Shown one piece after another: positions 43,902-54,542 of a DNA stretch of 64,000 bases. A program made the position numbers and the translations under genes. Source of the DNA: a virus (lineage: Duplodnaviria; Caudoviricetes); IMG/VR virus record IMGVR_UViG_2700988920_000001, positions 1 to 64,000 of that record; one strand, 5' to 3'. Position 1 is the stretch's first letter, and the number at the start of each line of letters is the position of its first letter. The notes beneath the pieces were generated by a model, which saw only the letters and a list, made by a program, of their open reading frames with translations, made no database searches and was not told where the DNA came from.

Positions 43902-46900
43902 GATAATTTTCCAAGTACTACACGAAGTAGACTACCTTCGTAAACTCGAACAGCGTCCGCAGTTATCTCTAGCCTGCTGCCAGTCTTTCCGTGATTAAGT
44001 CTAAGTCTGTCGGTGTCGATAGTTCCGTCAGTGCCTATTCTGGTATGGTGACCTTCATACGGCGCGCCACTTTCTGGACCAAACAAACCTTTACCACCTT
44101 TTACTGTAGAGCCTATAACCTCAACGCCTTCAACCGTACCGCCTTTAATTACAGGGGAGGTGATCAGAGAGTTAGCTCTTATCTCATTAGCGACTATAAT
44201 GCCGCTGCCTACTTTAACGATTGAAGGAGAGTAGATGTGGGTATCAACTATGTTAGCGTTAGGCCAAGTAATGCTTTGGAGTGCTAGTGTCCTAGCGTCA
44301 GCCCCTAGCTTTATGACGTAAGTTGAGTTAATGGCTTTAGGTACTGAGTTTACGTCTGCAGAAGCTCCCACTATATATGAGACTAAATGGCGCCAACCGT
44401 TTACAACTGAGCCAGCCCAGAAGTCTGGGCTCGGGGTAGTGTCTGCTTTTGCTAGCGTGTCAAAGTGGTATCTGTCTGAGACTACCTCAGAGTTAGCAGA
44501 GTTATATGCTTTCAGTCTGAGGGCGGTTTTAACTCCCTGAGATGTCTGACCGCTGTAGTAAGAGAACCGAACTTCGTATATAGCGTTGTGGTCTACTGTG
44601 AACTTATCAGACTTAAGCTCTCTGTACGCTGTCGGACTGTTTACAAACTTAAGGGTTCTGGCTTTCTTTCCGTTAAGACTTATTGCTTCTGATAAGACTG
44701 CGCTAGGAGGTAAGAGCCATCCTCTAGTATCACCAAACTCACTGAAGTTATTGATAGGTGAGACTACTGTTACCGCTATCTTGTCTGCTGTGATAGCATT
44801 TGCAGCTATTTTCTCTGCTGTGATTGCTCCGGCAAGAATCTTACTGGCGGTGATGGCGTTAGCGGCTATCTGTGTTGCAGTAACAGCACCAGCGGCTATC
44901 TTTGCTGTAGTCACTGCGTTAGCTATTATCTTGTCAGAAGTCACTGCATTGGCAGTTAGTTTAGGTGTGCTGATAGCGCCGTCAGCTATGTTAGTACCGG
45001 TGACTTTGTCTCCTGGCTTAAACAAAACATCGCTAGGCTTAACCAAATCAGCGGAGCCGTCAGGAAGCTTACCCTGTGCGAGATTGTCTAAAATGTCTTG
45101 GTCTTCGGGAGAAATGAACTCGCCAATACGGATGAACGTGTAATCAAGAGGATTTAAACTAGGGGTTTCAGTACCTTTATTGTATGCACGCCCTTCAAAG
45201 TGGTGGATAGCCGGATTGTAAGTCTTGCTTATGTCTGCCCCAAATGCATCAGAGGCATAAACAACCCAGGTATACTGCCCAGGTATCTGATCTTTAATAA
45301 AGTCGTAGATGTCATCTGGGTTGTCTGTAGTCTTAGCGGAGTAAGGTCCGTACAACTCTGAGAACGTGGCGCTATTAGTCACCTGAACATAATACTTGTA
45401 AGCCGTATTAGGTATTAATCCCACATCAACATAAGTTACGCCTTGACCTAAGAGTGTGACGTCTGTAGGGCTTGGGTTGTTGACGTTATTAGCTCTGTAA
45501 AACAAGAACGTAGTGTTGCTAGGGAGTATGCCGCTAACTTTAGGGATGATGTTCATCTCAAAGTTGTCAGCTTCGAACACTACGTTAGTGATAGGTTTAG
45601 TAGAACCAATATCTGCTTGTATAGATACAGGAGCTGAAGGCGCTCCGTAAATATTGTAACCAATTACGGTTATGTTGTAGTCAGACTTAGGCATGTTATC
45701 CAAGTAAAGTTCTAAAGCTTTCCCTGGCTGGTATTTGAATATTTGTCCGTCAGTAGACGTGACAACAACTTCAAATTCTCTAACATTGTCTATATCAGGA
45801 TGAGACCAAAGAAGAAGACCATCATAGACACCATCGTCCAAGAACGGCTGGAAGATCAGATTTTGCACAGGGTGGCAGAATTTAGGGTCAGGTATGTTAG
45901 TTGACGGTGGTTTAGGGGTAACAACAGCCACTGCATCATCAAATATTTCTGCCGCAGTCTGTTTAAGAACCAACTCGATACCTTTACCGTCTGTCAACTT
46001 CCAAGAGGCAACTTCGAACTCTAACTGGTCATATCCAAACTCTTTCTCGTCGAAGCGTACAGGAAGACCAGCGTTGAACTTAAACCCTCTCAAGTTCATA
46101 GGGACTGTGACAGTTAGACCATATCTGTTCTCTTTAAGTACGATGTTAGCGAGGCGATAAGCCTGATGTGGGTTTAGGACGTACTCAAGGTCTAAGTCTT
46201 TTGTAAGCTCTTCTCCGTCTTCTGCCACGTAATCAGGGTGGGTCACAGGCTCAAAGTCTACTTGTTGGTAGAAGTTGTTAGGGTCTAAATGCTGCCCTTT
46301 CACCGTATTTATTCGATCGCCTAACGGGGTATCTGGGACTATTTGTATAGGACCGTTAAGGTCTGAAAGCTTTACAACTTGGTCTTGCGGTGCTGGTCCT
46401 CTGTACGCTGCAACGTGCAAATGGTACTGGCCGTTGGTGTACAACAACTTACCTCCGCATGCAGCAAGCATCTTGTTCATGATGTTTTCGTACGACTCGT
46501 CAAAGTCGTAGATGCCGTCTATTGCGTAGCGGATAGGGACAGCAGGAGTAGGTGCAGAAGGATCATCAGGATCTGGCGCAGGCTGCTCAGAGTACATCAG
46601 TTCGCCACAAACTGAATATGCGTCTCTGAATGATAGTGTGTTGATCTCACTCTCTTTAGCTCTGAAGTGATGACGAAGAAAGTGGTATACCACAGCAGCG
46701 GCATTGTTTGTGAAGCCTTTAAACATAGGAGTGTCAAGCTTCATCCCTTGCACCAAACACTTTATATTAGGCAGGCCGTTAGGGAAGTGCTCAGCGCTAT
46801 GGCGCAGTGCTACATGCACAAAAGTTACACCTTTGCCTACCATTTTATCCGTCCATGACGGGACATCGGTAAGCATCTTAGGAAGGTCGGCAACACTTTG

Positions 46901-47380
46901 CTGATCGCCTTTAATTACGTTTATCTTCCAATACTCGTGATCCCAGTTGTCTTGTTTGTCGTCACCAAAGTAAACCTCAACGACATCTTCACAAGGGTGG
47001 CACGCTAAAGGTATTACAAGGTGCAAGTACTTGTTTGTTTTGGTTACCGTACGAGTTCTTTTCTCACAATGCTTGCCGCCGTGGTAGTAAGTGCAGTGCT
47101 CGTACTCTTCCTGAACATCTATCGAGTTGCTGTACTCTTCAGCGAACAGCATAGGTCCGCCAACCATTGCAGTGCCTACTATTGCCCTGAATGGCTGGTT
47201 AGGCGATCGTATGGTCTGCTTGGCGTTTGATGGGCTTGTGCCTGGAGTTTTTGGGATGTCCATAGTAGCAACAGCATACAACCCAGCAGCGGCCATACCG
47301 ATTGCTACTGCGGTTAGAAGTGTAGCACCTGCTACCGAAGCAGCTACGCCTACGGCTACACCGATTATCACTGGTGGCAT
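43898..47380 (-). CDS. central tail fibre/tip attachment protein (J-like)
   Basis: 1160 aa; FN3-like segments; IAANAITADK-type repeats; C-terminal LRVVLGKL. Confidence 0.8.
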   Translation of the reverse strand: MPPVIIGVAVGVAASVAGATLLTAVAIGMAAAGLYAVATMDIPKTPGTSPSNAKQTIRSPNQPFRAIVGTAMVGGPMLFAEEYSNSIDVQEEYEHCTYYHGGKHCEKRTRTVTKTNKYLHLVIPLACHPCEDVVEVYFGDDKQDNWDHEYWKINVIKGDQQSVADLPKMLTDVPSWTDKMVGKGVTFVHVALRHSAEHFPNGLPNIKCLVQGMKLDTPMFKGFTNNAAAVVYHFLRHHFRAKESEINTLSFRDAYSVCGELMYSEQPAPDPDDPSAPTPAVPIRYAIDGIYDFDESYENIMNKMLAACGGKLLYTNGQYHLHVAAYRGPAPQDQVVKLSDLNGPIQIVPDTPLGDRINTVKGQHLDPNNFYQQVDFEPVTHPDYVAEDGEELTKDLDLEYVLNPHQAYRLANIVLKENRYGLTVTVPMNLRGFKFNAGLPVRFDEKEFGYDQLEFEVASWKLTDGKGIELVLKQTAAEIFDDAVAVVTPKPPSTNIPDPKFCHPVQNLIFQPFLDDGVYDGLLLWSHPDIDNVREFEVVVTSTDGQIFKYQPGKALELYLDNMPKSDYNITVIGYNIYGAPSAPVSIQADIGSTKPITNVVFEADNFEMNIIPKVSGILPSNTTFLFYRANNVNNPSPTDVTLLGQGVTYVDVGLIPNTAYKYYVQVTNSATFSELYGPYSAKTTDNPDDIYDFIKDQIPGQYTWVVYASDAFGADISKTYNPAIHHFEGRAYNKGTETPSLNPLDYTFIRIGEFISPEDQDILDNLAQGKLPDGSADLVKPSDVLFKPGDKVTGTNIADGAISTPKLTANAVTSDKIIANAVTTAKIAAGAVTATQIAANAITASKILAGAITAEKIAANAITADKIAVTVVSPINNFSEFGDTRGWLLPPSAVLSEAISLNGKKARTLKFVNSPTAYRELKSDKFTVDHNAIYEVRFSYYSGQTSQGVKTALRLKAYNSANSEVVSDRYHFDTLAKADTTPSPDFWAGSVVNGWRHLVSYIVGASADVNSVPKAINSTYVIKLGADARTLALQSITWPNANIVDTHIYSPSIVKVGSGIIVANEIRANSLITSPVIKGGTVEGVEVIGSTVKGGKGLFGPESGAPYEGHHTRIGTDGTIDTDRLRLNHGKTGSRLEITADAVRVYEGSLLRVVLGKLS

Positions 47381-47784
47381 TACTCAACCCTCCAAGTACA
47401 GATCACTTTATCCATAGTCAGTGCAACCATGCCGTTTTCTCCCATAGCCCAAGCGCGAGTACTAAACAAAATAGCCAAAGACTCACCAGCTTCAGTTTTA
47501 ACCAAGGCTAGATCGCCGCGCCCGGCTTCTTCTACTGGTATTTCAGTCATCATAGTGTCAATTGTTGACTTTATATCGCCTTGGCCGTAAGTTTTTAGCG
47601 CTCGCTTGGATCCAAGAAGAGTTTTGTATTTTCCACGGAAATCTTCAGCGATGTCAAAGCCTGCATACAAATTAACGATGTCTGCAACGGCAAGGCAGCA
47701 GTCTTTCTTTCCCCACTCGAAAGGGATATTGGAATGTTCTTTTATTTGGTCTGCAATAACTCTAGGCCAGTTTTGAATTCTCAT
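47380..47784 (-). CDS. tail-associated NlpC/P60-like protein
   Basis: PFEWGKKDCCL, RGDLA. Confidence 0.7.
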   Translation of the reverse strand: MRIQNWPRVIADQIKEHSNIPFEWGKKDCCLAVADIVNLYAGFDIAEDFRGKYKTLLGSKRALKTYGQGDIKSTIDTMMTEIPVEEAGRGDLALVKTEAGESLAILFSTRAWAMGENGMVALTMDKVICTWRVE

Positions 47785-48371
47785 TATTGATCTTCTCTCG
47801 GAACAAGTGGAACACTTTGCTTATCGCTTCCCCAGTAAAGGTCTCGTTCTGACATTTGAGCTACGTACTGACAGAAGTAGTCTCCAGGATTTATCGACCT
47901 GAAGCTCTCGTCTGTGTATCGTTCAGGTCTGCTTTTAGCCCAGTCCGCCGTTTTGCTTACAGCCTGAACTAAAACTTCTTCATTTCCGTATCGGCTTATA
48001 GCTACAGAAGATACCCTGCCTTGGAAGTATGAAGCTGCGTTGATAAGTTGACCTTTGCCATCTAGAGCACCGTAAAACAGTTCAACTTCTCTGTTTATAA
48101 CGTTTTTAGTCACAACCTCAGTAAGTGTCTTAGGGTCTATGCCTGACAACCCTAAAGTCACTGAGTGTGAACCTATGTTAGAGTCTGAGGTTACATCACC
48201 TACTTTACCGAAGTAGCCTACGCCTGACCATATCTTATTATTAAAGCTTATGTCGCCAATACCAGTGTGGGCGTAAACAGCCCCGCCAGGCCAATCTATG
48301 TAGACCAGCCTGACAGGTTCAACAACTTCTTGCTCTAGAGCATTAAGTAAGTCTTGATCGATTAAGTACAT
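47784..48371 (-). CDS. minor tail/baseplate hub protein
   Basis: synteny; W.GVG..G, RYTDE...PGD. Confidence 0.65.
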   Translation of the reverse strand: MYLIDQDLLNALEQEVVEPVRLVYIDWPGGAVYAHTGIGDISFNNKIWSGVGYFGKVGDVTSDSNIGSHSVTLGLSGIDPKTLTEVVTKNVINREVELFYGALDGKGQLINAASYFQGRVSSVAISRYGNEEVLVQAVSKTADWAKSRPERYTDESFRSINPGDYFCQYVAQMSERDLYWGSDKQSVPLVPREDQ

Positions 48372-48976
48372 CAGTTAACTACCTCCAAACACTCGAAGCT
48401 GAAACCGTTACTCATGTCACGACTGCTTCGTTTACCCTGCTTGTCGTCTTTTAGTCGACAGATCACACTAAAGTCGTCATAAACTACGGACGCGTTATTT
48501 GCTGGAGCTCTTAGCATTCGCGGCTGGAACTCCAGCTGAGCCTTACCTAAAGAATCTGATCTTACTTCCACAGTAATCATGTGTAGACGGTCTGAAATCT
48601 TAACGTAATCTCCAGGCTTGAATATTACGCGATTAGTAGGGCAATCCTTTATTTTGCATATATTCCCTACGTTATCGCTGCCATCTACAGTAGGCCTGCC
48701 GCTTATGGACCCTCTACGCTCAAAAAAGGCAAAGTCTTTTGCGTAGAACTTACCAACTACACCTTTAAGTGACACTAGAAATGCCTGTAGATCTTTGGCT
48801 TGGTCTTGTTCTAGATCGTCGTAAGAGAATTTTAGGACCCAGCGTTCGCCGGGTCTTCGTTCTATCTGCTCTGAGTTGTCGTATGGAGACTGGTAAATAG
48901 TGTTGTTAAACTCTAAATTCATCTCCATAGACGTAGGGTATAGGTCATCAGGCAAATATCTTATTGGGTCTGCCAC
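48371..48976 (-). CDS. distal tail protein
   Basis: follows tape measure; SPY..PGERW..FL.SLKG. Confidence 0.65.
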   Translation of the reverse strand: MADPIRYLPDDLYPTSMEMNLEFNNTIYQSPYDNSEQIERRPGERWVLKFSYDDLEQDQAKDLQAFLVSLKGVVGKFYAKDFAFFERRGSISGRPTVDGSDNVGNICKIKDCPTNRVIFKPGDYVKISDRLHMITVEVRSDSLGKAQLEFQPRMLRAPANNASVVYDDFSVICRLKDDKQGKRSSRDMSNGFSFECLEVVN

Positions 48977-48987
48977 AGCGTAGCTCC

Positions 48988-51900
48988 TTAAGTTCTTGAA
49001 ACCATTTTAGACAGCTTGGCGATCTGTCCGTTGCTTGACAAATCTTCAGCAACTTTTTGTTTGCCCATTTCAGCGGCTTCTTCCATAGCCCGGCCCAAAC
49101 GCTCTTCAAAGTCTTCGTTGCCAGTTGCATCAATCATATACTTATTATCGTATGTGATGTAATAGACGTTTCCGCCACTGTTGCCAGATACTAAGTTGTT
49201 TGATGCTTGGTTGTTTAGGATATACCCGTTGGTCTCAGGAGTGAATATCTCTCTTCCTGTTTCACCGACTAAGTAGCTCTTGCCTGCCTGTACGGGACCA
49301 CCAAATTGACGGGACCCGGAAATGTTTTCGCCAATGCCAGACGCCACACCAGTCATTAGACCAGCGGCAGCAGACGCGGCACCAGCTAGGAGCATAGTAC
49401 CAGCAGCAGCAGCCGCTGCTGCACCAAACGAGGCAATGTTAATGAACATTGCTGCAGGACCCCAAGCTGCGGCTAAACTTGGACCAAGACCAAGCATTTG
49501 AGTGAAAAACGCCAAAGATGATGCTGCACTTGCCTGCTCAGTAGCAGCAGTAGCCATATTAGATGCCTGTTTGACACCTTCATTCGCTACTTTAGCTGAA
49601 GTTACCATAGAGTCCATGGCAATCTCTTCGGTAGTGAAGATCTTCTTCATAAGATGGTTAGCGGCCATTTCTGCGCCAACTCTAACCATAGTATTTACTA
49701 CCGTCCCTAGCATCTCTCTTGAGATGTTTTTGGCCGCTTCAGTCCAGCTTTGCTCCATGAACAGAGCTTCTTCTATGTTATTGGCTACAGCTTCTGACCA
49801 GTCATCGCGCCATTTAGCCAGATGCTCATGTTGGCTGTCCCAATAAGACTGTTCAATCTCCTCCTTAGCCTCGGCAATCATGCGAGCGAACTCGACTTCC
49901 TCAAGGCCGTATTTAGCCATGATCTCTTTACGACTTTCAAGGTACTCAGATAGACGCTCCATGTCGGTAATGTACTGCATAGTACCCTTACCTTCTTCGC
50001 CAAGACCCTTACCTTTGCCGAAGTCCTTCATCATTTTGGCGAAGTCTTTCTCGGCTTCTTTGGCTTTCTTCTTCTCGTCTGTGAGTCGCTTGTTCTCATC
50101 AATAAGCTTTTGCAGCTCAGGAAGTTGCGCCTTAATTGCTTCGGTTTCTTTGATGAAAGCAGCACGCTGTTGTTCGGACAGCATGTTAAACGCTGAAGTA
50201 GATTGGAAGTTCTCTCTGCGCGCAATAGCGTTACGGTACTGAGCAAGAGTGTTTTCTTCAGACGCCTGTTTGTTGCCTTTTAGTTTCTCGTTAGCTACTT
50301 CAAGCTTGGTTGCGAACTCTTTAACCTCTTTGGCGTGCTTTCCGAAACCCTCGGCTTTCATCATGTCTTCTTGCAGAGACAACACAAGTTTGCTCTGTTC
50401 AGCGTTGAGCTTGTCAGTCTGAGCAATTATCTGTTCGTTAAGCTGAGCTTGTTTACGAAGAAGCTCAGCATACGCTTTAGTGTCAGAAGCTGTGCCAGTG
50501 TTAATGTCCTTTATTTTCTGCATCTCTGTGGCGAGTTTTGCAGTTTCGTTGGCGAACTTCTGATTTAGTTGGAGGCGAGCCGAGTCGACGTTAGCGATCT
50601 GCGCCTTTAACGCTTCCTCTTTGGTTATTAGATTTAACTTAGCTTGGTACTCGATATTCTCGTTCTTCATGCTGAGAATGGTCTGAGCACGCGTAGACTC
50701 AGCAGCAAGAGAGTTATCTTTAAGAATCTCAGTTTCTAGTCGAGCAAACTCAAGGTTGCGTCGGTTGAACTCTTCTTTGCGTTTAAGTTCGGCTACTTGC
50801 TCTTCAGTGAGAGTTACACCGATACCCAATTCATTGTTTGTTGCTTTAGCCGTTTCAAAGAATTTAGAGAAAGTTTCTTCCGCTTTAGGTGTCCCTGTGC
50901 CAGCGTTGCCAGCGTCAGCACCAATATCAGCAGCAATCTTAGAGAACGAAGCGCCTCCTGCCATGTCAGCTTCTGTCTTGAACATTGGCAAGAACATCAG
51001 GTACATGTCTCGTTCAGCTTTACGGAAGTTCTCGTACTGCTCGACTACCCATCCTATATTATCGGCCAGGAACTTAGCAGAGTGAGAGGCGGTGACAATG
51101 GCCTGGCTTACGCTGTCAAAGAAGAAGTCTAGATCGTTGTCGACTAGTTCCATGATTGCGTAGTTTAGTTTTTTAACTGCTGGCTGCGCCTTCTCGAAGG
51201 CATCGATCATCTTGGATTGGATTTTAGAGTTGATGATCTGCCACTGACCTGATGTTGATGTAGCCATGAAGTCCGCCATCGCCTTGCCAGCGCCGTCAAC
51301 AGAGGTCTTAAGTCGGTTGGTCTCTCTTACGATGTCCTTCAAGTTAGCTTGGAAAGCGATCATTGCTGGTGCAGCACGAACGCCAAAGATAGATACGATG
51401 TCGGCAGTAGTAGCGCCAGCTTTCTCTAACTCTTGCATGATTTCTGTTAGAGAGTACATGTCGCCTTCTGTGTCACGAACGCTAACGCCTAGATCACGTA
51501 GTACAGAAGCTACTTTGTCGGTTGGTTCTAACAAGTTCACATACGCACGACGAAGAGCAGTACCAGCACGAGAACCTTTAATACCTACGTTGTGGAAGGT
51601 TTCCAGGGCGGCTACGGTCTCTTCGATGCTTCCGCCAGCAGCATGCGCAACAGGAGCAACGTAAGACAGAGACTTAGACATCTCTTTGATGGTTGAGTTA
51701 GAGTTGGTGATTGCAGCAGCAAGAATGTCGGTAACACGAGTAGCGTTCTTCAGAGACTCAGCCGTAGACGCGATAGACATACTAAAGCCAAGCATGACGT
51801 TAGTCATGATGTCGGCAGACTCGTAGACGTCAATCATACCGATCTGAGCTAATTGCAATGAAGGTGTCAGTGCGCCAATGGCTTGCTGAGCATTCAGACC

Positions 51901-53109
51901 AGCCATACCAAGAGCGACCATACCTTCAGCCGCCTGTACTGCGGTGAATACGGTTACCTTAGAAGCGTGCAGAGCAGCATCAGCCATCTGATTTTGAGTG
52001 TTGATGATGGATTCGGCAGTAGATACATACAGGTTACCGTTCTTCTCGTAAGCCTCGCCCATTTGTCCGGTTACAGCGTAAATACGGTACATAGACTTCT
52101 CAAACTCAGCACCTACTAGAACAGTTTGTTGCATAGAAGATACAAACGCGTAAGTGGCTGTAGCTGCTATGATGGTGCCACTGGTGTAGATGCCGAACGA
52201 CAGACTGAGCGCAGACATACCAGCACGGAACATAGCAGTTGCGTTGTTAGCTCGTCCCATTGCACGAGTGTTACCGTCTAGCTCGGCAGTGCCTTTCTTC
52301 TTCTGGTTGATCAGTGCGGTGTAACTGTTGGTGTTCTTGGCGTAAACAGCACGAGACTGAGACAGCGCTTTATTGTAACGAGAAATTTGAGCTTCTTGCT
52401 TGGTGTAGTAGTCTGTCCAAGCTTTGCTACGTTTTCGAGCTTCTTCAATTTCAAACTTGGTTTCTTGCTCAGCGATCTTTTTCATCTGAGCTGCCATCAT
52501 TTGACGCTTAGATTGCGCTGAAGCAGTCCAGGTATCTTGAGATTGTTTTAGGAAGTTGGTGTAGCGAGCAATCTGAGTCTCTTGTTTCTTATAGTAGTCG
52601 GTCCAGTCGCGCTGACGCTTGTCTATCGCAGACTTCTCTTCTGCCACAAGTTGAGCGTTGACAGTTTTTGCTTGAGCGAATCGAGCTTTATTTGCTGCTT
52701 CCTGAGCCGCTGCAAGCTCCATGGCTTCTTTCTTGAGCTGCTGGTTAGCCCTCACCATGTCTTGCGTTGCAGATCCGTACGTGCCTCGCCACGCGTTAAC
52801 TTTGTGAGAGTTGTTCTCAATGCTTCTGTCAAGTTGATCGAAGAAGCGTTTAACACTGGTCTCGCTTTGACGAGAGTCTTTCTCTACTTGCTTGGTGGCT
52901 TTCTCTGATACAGAAGCGACTTGCTGCATAGACTTAGATATGCTGGTCTGAGCTTCAGCAACTTTTCTAAGTTCTTCGATGGCTTTTGATGATGGGATTA
53001 GACTTTTAGAAGCTTCGCTGGCAGCCGCCGTCATCTTCTCTAGTCTTGATATGAGGGATTCTACTTTCTGTTCAGCAGAAGCAGAGTTGAAATCTAAATT
53101 AAAGCTCAC
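48988..53109 (-). CDS. tail tape measure protein
   Basis: 1373 aa helical; TP901-type core GIKGSRAGTALR; C-terminal GGPV..YLVGE.GREIF. Confidence 0.92.
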   Translation of the reverse strand: MSFNLDFNSASAEQKVESLISRLEKMTAAASEASKSLIPSSKAIEELRKVAEAQTSISKSMQQVASVSEKATKQVEKDSRQSETSVKRFFDQLDRSIENNSHKVNAWRGTYGSATQDMVRANQQLKKEAMELAAAQEAANKARFAQAKTVNAQLVAEEKSAIDKRQRDWTDYYKKQETQIARYTNFLKQSQDTWTASAQSKRQMMAAQMKKIAEQETKFEIEEARKRSKAWTDYYTKQEAQISRYNKALSQSRAVYAKNTNSYTALINQKKKGTAELDGNTRAMGRANNATAMFRAGMSALSLSFGIYTSGTIIAATATYAFVSSMQQTVLVGAEFEKSMYRIYAVTGQMGEAYEKNGNLYVSTAESIINTQNQMADAALHASKVTVFTAVQAAEGMVALGMAGLNAQQAIGALTPSLQLAQIGMIDVYESADIMTNVMLGFSMSIASTAESLKNATRVTDILAAAITNSNSTIKEMSKSLSYVAPVAHAAGGSIEETVAALETFHNVGIKGSRAGTALRRAYVNLLEPTDKVASVLRDLGVSVRDTEGDMYSLTEIMQELEKAGATTADIVSIFGVRAAPAMIAFQANLKDIVRETNRLKTSVDGAGKAMADFMATSTSGQWQIINSKIQSKMIDAFEKAQPAVKKLNYAIMELVDNDLDFFFDSVSQAIVTASHSAKFLADNIGWVVEQYENFRKAERDMYLMFLPMFKTEADMAGGASFSKIAADIGADAGNAGTGTPKAEETFSKFFETAKATNNELGIGVTLTEEQVAELKRKEEFNRRNLEFARLETEILKDNSLAAESTRAQTILSMKNENIEYQAKLNLITKEEALKAQIANVDSARLQLNQKFANETAKLATEMQKIKDINTGTASDTKAYAELLRKQAQLNEQIIAQTDKLNAEQSKLVLSLQEDMMKAEGFGKHAKEVKEFATKLEVANEKLKGNKQASEENTLAQYRNAIARRENFQSTSAFNMLSEQQRAAFIKETEAIKAQLPELQKLIDENKRLTDEKKKAKEAEKDFAKMMKDFGKGKGLGEEGKGTMQYITDMERLSEYLESRKEIMAKYGLEEVEFARMIAEAKEEIEQSYWDSQHEHLAKWRDDWSEAVANNIEEALFMEQSWTEAAKNISREMLGTVVNTMVRVGAEMAANHLMKKIFTTEEIAMDSMVTSAKVANEGVKQASNMATAATEQASAASSLAFFTQMLGLGPSLAAAWGPAAMFINIASFGAAAAAAAGTMLLAGAASAAAGLMTGVASGIGENISGSRQFGGPVQAGKSYLVGETGREIFTPETNGYILNNQASNNLVSGNSGGNVYYITYDNKYMIDATGNEDFEERLGRAMEEAAEMGKQKVAEDLSSNGQIAKLSKMVSRT

Positions 53110-53170
53110 GGCGTCTGTCCTCTATGTAGTCATAAAGACAGTCTACCGTGAGCTTTTAGTTTAGTCACTG

Positions 53171-53539
53171 TTAACCGTGTTTGGCTTTTCTCTTTTCTCG
53201 TTCTATGGCACGTTTGCGTTCTGCTGCCATTTCTTTAAGTACCCAAGCTTCAACGGTTGTCATCACCATACAAAATTCGTAAATCTCGTCAGGATCGTCT
53301 GACATGCATATTTCTGCTGCTGATCTTAAGTCTGAGAGTGGTAGAGGTTGTGACCCGGTTTCGTTGTGTTGTCTTCTGGCATCTAACAAATTCCATCCCC
53401 GATAATATGGAAGGATTTTGTCAGTGATAATGGGGCGGTCCTTTAAAGCTTGTGGTGTCTTGCCTCGTTTGTGCAAGTCTTCCAACATTTTAAGCTTATC
53501 AGGGCTTCCCCATTTACGCTGCCATTCGACTATTTTTTT
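53171..53539 (-). CDS. tail assembly chaperone, -1 frameshift extension (gpGT-like)
   Basis: frame open from slippery A AAA AAA (53539-53533) through MLEDLH... Confidence 0.75.
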   Translation of the reverse strand, partial: KKIVEWQRKWGSPDKLKMLEDLHKRGKTPQALKDRPIITDKILPYYRGWNLLDARRQHNETGSQPLPLSDLRSAAEICMSDDPDEIYEFCMVMTTVEAWVLKEMAAERKRAIEREKRKAKHG

Positions 53540-53979
53540 AGTTCTTCACCGATCTTCTGTGTTGCCGAGATGCGCCAGTGTTCGCGCTCATCAGACTTAC
53601 CTTTAACGAATTCGTAGATCTCGTCTACAGCCAAGTAACCTTCGGCAGCCTCAACTGAGTAAGGGACTTCGTTACCTTCTTCATCTACTACTTCTTCCCA
53701 ACCTACTAGAAGAAAACGTGCAGCAGCTTCGATGAAACCACGTTGACCTAGTTCGTCAGCCGCTTCGCCGCCAGCAGTAAGCGCTTTTTCATTTTCTTTG
53801 AAGAAGTTTGCGATGTAGTTGTTGTAGCCTTTAGAGCCACCGCGGGCAATGATGAGTTTACAGCCGCCCATAAAGTCAAACGGAATACCGTTCTTAGCTT
53901 TGTCTTCGTCTACCTTAAGACCAGCAAGGCAGAAACCAGTCGATTTAATTTTTTGGGCGCTGTTTTTAGTTGTAGTCAT
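53530..53979 (-). CDS. tail assembly chaperone (gpG-like)
   Basis: AGGAG RBS; LLVGWEEV..EVPYS; ends ELKK at slippery site. Confidence 0.8.
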   Translation of the reverse strand: MTTTKNSAQKIKSTGFCLAGLKVDEDKAKNGIPFDFMGGCKLIIARGGSKGYNNYIANFFKENEKALTAGGEAADELGQRGFIEAAARFLLVGWEEVVDEEGNEVPYSVEAAEGYLAVDEIYEFVKGKSDEREHWRISATQKIGEELKK

Positions 53980-54062
53980 GATGTAGCTCCTGATTGAATG
54001 ATTAAATAATTTAAGCATATAGCTCAGTATTTATAACCTAAATAAGGAACTTTAACAACCGC

Positions 54063-54542
54063 CTACAAACTGTAGACGGTGACAATCATGTCATCTGTGA
54101 AACCTTCGTCTTGGTTTACGCAGAATATCTTGTACAGATAGTTTTGAGATGGGTTGTTTTGGTTCTGTAAGTATACCTCCAACATAGACAAGTTGTGTGC
54201 AGAGCTTTTCTTCATCTTGTCGGTGATACTCGTGTAAGTACCTTTAGTAGCCATCACCATAACAGTAAATCTATCTGAAGTAGCAACGTCTTCTGCGGCA
54301 ATGGCGGCGCGAGACTTAGACTCAGCGATAAGCGTGTAAGGATCTGATGCTGAGTGCTCATACTGAAGCGTCCAATGCTGAACACCTGACACCACACTTC
54401 TGACAAACTTAAGCGCTCCTACATCTGAGCCTAAACCAGGCAGTTCTATGAAGTCTGCGGTATCCTCTTGAACGTCTAACAGCTTTATTGACGTTTGCTT
54501 AGAGGCAGGCAGCTTAGAACAGATTTTACTGCTTCCTATCAT
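54063..54542 (-). CDS. hypothetical protein (moron-like)
   Basis: AAGGA RBS; coupled to upstream small gene. Confidence 0.6.
   Translation of the reverse strand: MIGSSKICSKLPASKQTSIKLLDVQEDTADFIELPGLGSDVGALKFVRSVVSGVQHWTLQYEHSASDPYTLIAESKSRAAIAAEDVATSDRFTVMVMATKGTYTSITDKMKKSSAHNLSMLEVYLQNQNNPSQNYLYKIFCVNQDEGFTDDMIVTVYSL

Noticed and set aside
44586-45143. Antisense ORFs over the tail, tape measure and replication genes
   Set aside because: Shadows of codon bias and repeats on the coding strand; no RBS or recognisable motifs
54028-54035. TATAAATA (T4 late promoter) on the minus strand
   Set aside because: Isolated match in AT-rich DNA; no gp55-like sigma factor seen
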